DNA from: Phallusia mammillata
Taxonomy: Eukaryota
Length of the DNA stretch: 64,000 nucleotides
NCBI GenBank assembly: GCA_965637545.1
Contig: OZ281495.1
Span: forward strand, 24,304,001-24,368,000
Direction: 5' to 3'
Shown piece after piece: positions 59,701 through 64,000 of this stretch (the stretch's first letter is position 1; each line of letters starts with the position of its first letter). The notes under the pieces are model-generated. The model was not told the DNA's origin. It saw only the letters and a program-made list of their open reading frames with translations, and made no database searches. A program made the position numbers and the translations under genes.

Positions 59701-62700
59701 ATCATAGTCTTGAACTTCTAAACTAAATATAGCCTTAAACAAAAATAAAAACTTTTTTTGTGGTTCAGGTGTATTACAGCAGCTGAGTGTCCCCAAATAA
59801 AGGTGGAGCAACTAAATTCTACATCATCACAGGTGAGCCAGTACACACATTCTGCGTGTAACTTAAAAAAAGTTTAAATATAGTTTTCCATTGGCAACCA
59901 ACCAGCAAAAGCTGTTTGCTCCTCCATACAATAAACAAATCGTGCCTTTCAGGTTGATCCGACAGTTGTTAGCAGTGATGCTGCTGCACTACAGAAAACA
60001 ACGGGAACCACAGGACCAGATGCGACAATCAGCCAAGAAACCACTACAAATTCAGACACACCAACGTCACCAGACACGACTGCTCCATCAGATGCTTATA
60101 CACAACCAGAATCCACCACACAGCCAGACATTGTTGCCACGCAACCAGAAAGCACGACCACGCAACCACAAACAACTACCCAGCCAGAAACCATCACGCA
60201 ACGAGAAGCAACCACACAACCAGAAACCACCCAAAGAGAAACAACCACTCAAACTGATGCTGCCACTACAGCGGATGCAGTTGTCAAACCAGATACAACT
60301 ACTCAATCAAAAACCACACAATCACAAGATGCTACCGCTGCTTTAGATACAACAGTTGCTCAATATGTGCTGGACATTATTAGCCTTACCGTTATCAATG
60401 TGTCAAGCTCCCGCGGGTGCATTTCACTGAGTGGAAGTCCTGACATCCAAAAGTACTTTTTAGACTTTTACCTCACCGACCAATTGGACACTCCACTCGC
60501 TAATTTTAGCTTTAACCAAAAAGAACTGAGGACTAACTATGAAATGTGTGTGAACCAACTTGCTGAAGGTGAGATCTTGTTGTAGTTTCAAAATTTCCAG
60601 ACTATTTTTACATATTGTGGCGTAGGCTTACGTCAGTATCCCTGATTCACAAGTTTACACAGTCTTGAAATAAACATAAAAATACACCCGTGACGTAAAA
60701 CTACTTCCCTTGTATGATACACGTAAACTTACCACATGACAGCACTTACTAAACACCTATTTCAGGGGTTTCATACACCGTTGTTGCGTGGGGAGGCAGG
60801 GGTTCAGCTATTGGATCTTCTCAAAATACCAGCTTTACAACAACGTCTTCTCAAGGTAAAAATTGGATTTTGAAAATTACTTTATCTTGAGCAGTATTAA
60901 GTTTATTGACCACTTTAGGTACCTCTGCACCGTCTACAGCGACAACCAGCAGTTCAGTGGCCGGTGTTATTGCTGCAGATTCAGCTACTGGCGCAAGCGT
61001 TCCCAACACAACCTCCACATCTGACCAACCCTTCGCTAGTTCATCAATTACCAATACTGAAGCTGCAGTTGCCTCGTTAAACCAAAGTTCCACAACCGAA
61101 AGTGGTTTCTTGTCTGAAAGCACGGTCACTACCAGCAGACCAGCAGATCCTGTAGGTAGATCTGGTGACTTAAATGACAGTACAACATCGACATTCGGAG
61201 AACTTACAACACAACCAACATCAAGTACGGAACAAACAACGCAGGCGGCAAACAACCAACCACCTGTGTCAGAAACGACCGTTGCAGGTGCGTCAACAGA
61301 AACAACGCAGGCGGCAACCAACCAACCATCTGCGACAGAAACGACCAGTACAGTTGCATCAACAGAAACAACGCAGGCGGTAAACAACCAACCATCTGCA
61401 TCAGAAACGACCAGTACAGGTGTACCATCAGAAACAACGCAGGCAGCAACCAACCAACCATCTGTGACAGAAACGACCAGTACAGTTGCATCCACAGAAA
61501 CAACGCAGGCGGCAACCAACCAACCATCTGTAACTGAAACGACCAGTGCAGTTGTATCAACAGAAACAACACAGGCGGTAACCAACCAACCATCTGTGTC
61601 AGAAACGACCAGTACAGTTGCATCCACAGAAACAACGCAGGCGGCAACCAACCAACCATCTGTGTCAGAAACGGCCAGTGTTGCTACATCAGCAGAAACA
61701 ACGCAGGCGGTAACCAACCAACCATCTATAACGGAAACGACCAGTGCAGTTGCATCCACAGAAACAACGCAGGCGGTAACCAACCAAACATCTGTAACTG
61801 AAACGACCAGTGCAGTTGCATCCATAGAACCAACGCAGGCGGCAACCAACCAACCATCTGTAACTGAAACGACCAGTGCAGTTGTATCAACAGAAACAAC
61901 ACAGGCGGCAACCAACCAACCATCTGTGTCAGAAACGGCCAGTGTTGCTACATCAGCAGAAACAACGCAGGCGGTAACCAACCAACCATCTATAACGGAA
62001 ACGACCAGTGCAGTTGCATCCACAGAAACAACGCAGGCGGTAACCAACCAACCATCTGTAACTGAAACGACCAGTGCAGTTGCATCCACAGAAACAACGC
62101 AGGCGGCAACCAACCAACCATCTGTAACGGAAACGACCAGTGCAGTTGCATCAACAGAAACAACACAGGCGGTAACCAACCAACCATCTGTAACGGAAAC
62201 GACCAGTGCAGTTGCATCAACAGAAACAACACAGGCGGTAACCAACCAACCATCTGTAACTGAAACGACCAGTGCAGTTGCATCAACACAAACAACGCAA
62301 GCGATAACCAACCAACCATCTGCAACTGACACGACCAGTGCAGTTGCATCAACAGAAACAACACAGGCGGTAACCAACCAACCATCTGTAACGGAAACGA
62401 CCAGTACAGTTGTATCAACAGAAATAACTCAGGCGGTAACCAACCAACCATCTGTAACAGAAACGACCAGTACAGTTGCATCAACAGAAACAACGCAGGC
62501 GGCAACCAACCAACCATCTGTGACAGAAACGAGTGCGGCAACAGTCCAGACAGAAACAGGCCAACCACTATTAGCTGAAACGAATGGCACTGTTGCATCA
62601 CAAGAAGCCACACAGGCAGTTACACAAACCAGTTCTGGCACTGCATTAGCGACTGAGACCACCCAAGCGCACAGTGTGACCACTTCTGGTGCTATTGTTT

Positions 62701-64000
62701 TTGAAACCCCAGTCCCGACAGAAAATTCTACAGCATCAGTGGTGGAAACTACATCAAGTGAATCAACGCAGTCAGCAACCAACCAGCCATCGGTTTCAGA
62801 AATGACCGGCACCGGGACACAAACTAACCAAACATCCATGGGGGAAATGGCAGGGACCGTTGTATCAACCGAAAGTACCCAAACAGATAGTGTAGCGACA
62901 TCTAGTGCCGTTGCATCGACCGAAACAACACAAACTCTAGTAGTAACATCTGAAAGTTCTGTGCCAACCGAAACCACAAAAGTACCGATTCAGACATCCG
63001 AAACAAGTCAAGCGCAAATATTAACAACACATGATGTGATTTTAAGTACAGATTCAACCCAAACTTCTACATTGACATCTGCAGTTGTTCTCCCAACAGA
63101 AACCAGTCAAGCAACAGTTACCACAACAAATGGAACCATTGCATTGACAGAAACAACAGAGACGACAACGCCAAACACATCTGGTGCAGTTTCTACCGAT
63201 TCCACTCCGTCTCAAGTCACCACAACATCTGGTTCAGTTGCGATTAGTTCTGCATCCGAAACCACTCCAGAATCAGCAACAGCGTCTGGTACAGTTTCGG
63301 ATGCAATGGCTTCCCCAGTCACCACTCAAGCAAATGCACCAATATCAGATGCTGGAGCTTCGGCAGAAACTACTACAGGAAACGCTCCAGCTGTTCCTGG
63401 TAGTACCACATCTACGTCAGTGGTCTCGACAATGGAAACGGCAACTGTAACCCAGCCAGCTCAAACAAGTAATACGGCGACAACATCAGGCGCAACAGAA
63501 CCAGAAACAAGCGCGGTGCAACAGTCAACTGACAGTGCTTCGGCGTCAAGCGGGCCAGTTACTTTACAACAAACAACTGTAACTGCCACTGCAGTGCCCA
63601 CAGCTCCCGCGACTACAGAAGCTCCTCTTAACCTGCAAGTTGAAGTGTTGACAATCGCCAATGGTACTGTTTGCGTGAAAGTAAAGCACGATTCGGTAAG
63701 AAATTGTTGTGCGTTCTCGTTGCATGTTATTCACGATTTGTTAACTTTTAGTCGGCTGACTCCTACCTTATTACCATCGACCAAACAGCAGTTTCGTCAA
63801 ATACTGGATTTTCCCAGAATTTCGGAGAGGTCCCTGCTCATTCTCCGTATACGTATGAATGCTTCTATGACATTTTGTCAGGTACTGTCGTTGTTAGTAA
63901 TACTCACAGTTAATTGCAGACATTACTAAACTCTAAGGTTTTACGCATCGTTCTACTTTTAAGATCAAAACTACGTTGCAACAGTAATACCGAAGAAAGG
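47771..64000 (+). CDS. Large mosaic secreted/mucin-like protein: CUB-MAM-LDLa-2 TIL-FN3-4 TY-2 LDLa-6 TY-CUB-TIL-mucin-FN3-like-mucin repeat (3'-partial; start tentative)
   Basis: CUB ([20 protein letters not shown], 47996-), MAM (CDFD..W..DHT..YAYLEAS..VAVDDI), LDLa ([13 protein letters not shown]), TIL ([16 protein letters not shown]), FN3 ([14 protein letters not shown]). Ten single-exon thyroglobulin type-1 repeats (QC..CWCV..G..I) at 51872-57499, second CUB at 57774-58780, TIL at 59344, and a 2.8-kb Ser/Thr exon at 60920-63696. ATG 47771 ([11 protein letters not shown]) is a best guess. Confidence 0.85.
58851..59180. mobile_element. hAT/Buster-type MITE
   Basis: TIR CAGTGGTTCTCAACC / GGTTGAGAAACACTG; TSD GCCTAACG/CCCTAACG. 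Confidence 0.9.
61228..62535 (+). repeat. Coding VNTR: ~20 x 66-bp (22-aa [22 protein letters not shown]) mucin repeat
   Basis: Directly visible periodicity in both the DNA and the 60906..63929 ORF translation. Confidence 0.95.

Noticed and set aside
60851-62977. Long minus-strand ORFs (508, 207, 182, 151 aa), Val/Cys/Trp-rich
   Set aside because: Antisense shadows of the stop-poor 66-bp mucin repeat; the plus frame fits the spliced gene.

Overview
Intron-rich eukaryotic genomic DNA: AT-rich, short GT-AG introns, and gene content suggesting an invertebrate chordate, most likely an ascidian (inference). I assembled seven spliced genes by hand. (1-3) A tandem + strand family of secreted modular trypsin-like proteases (signal peptide-ShKT-EGF-cbEGF-S1 protease) whose C-terminal tails hold about 20, about 10 and 0 TSP1 repeats, plus ShKT domains in the first two. 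The third copy has precisely lost the IVG activation residues, which creates an RGD, and lost its tail by an internal deletion that kept the 3' UTR/polyA signal. (4-6) A tightly packed - strand trio, LRRC46, EMG1 and a NIK/COT (MAP3K14/MAP3K8)-family kinase, that may be an operon. (7) A large + strand mosaic mucin (CUB-MAM-LDLa-TIL-FN3, ten thyroglobulin type-1 repeats, a 22-aa mucin repeat) that runs off the window end. The non-coding DNA carries many hAT-type MITEs with 8-bp TSDs, including a nested stack. It also carries a palindromic pair of minimal hammerhead ribozymes and a tRNA-derived tandem array. The most unusual element is a non-autonomous repeat family (3 copies) with Penelope-like direct/inverted terminal repeats and an internal tRNA-like cloverleaf but no recognisable hammerhead. 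All exon boundaries were read by eye and are approximate where stated.
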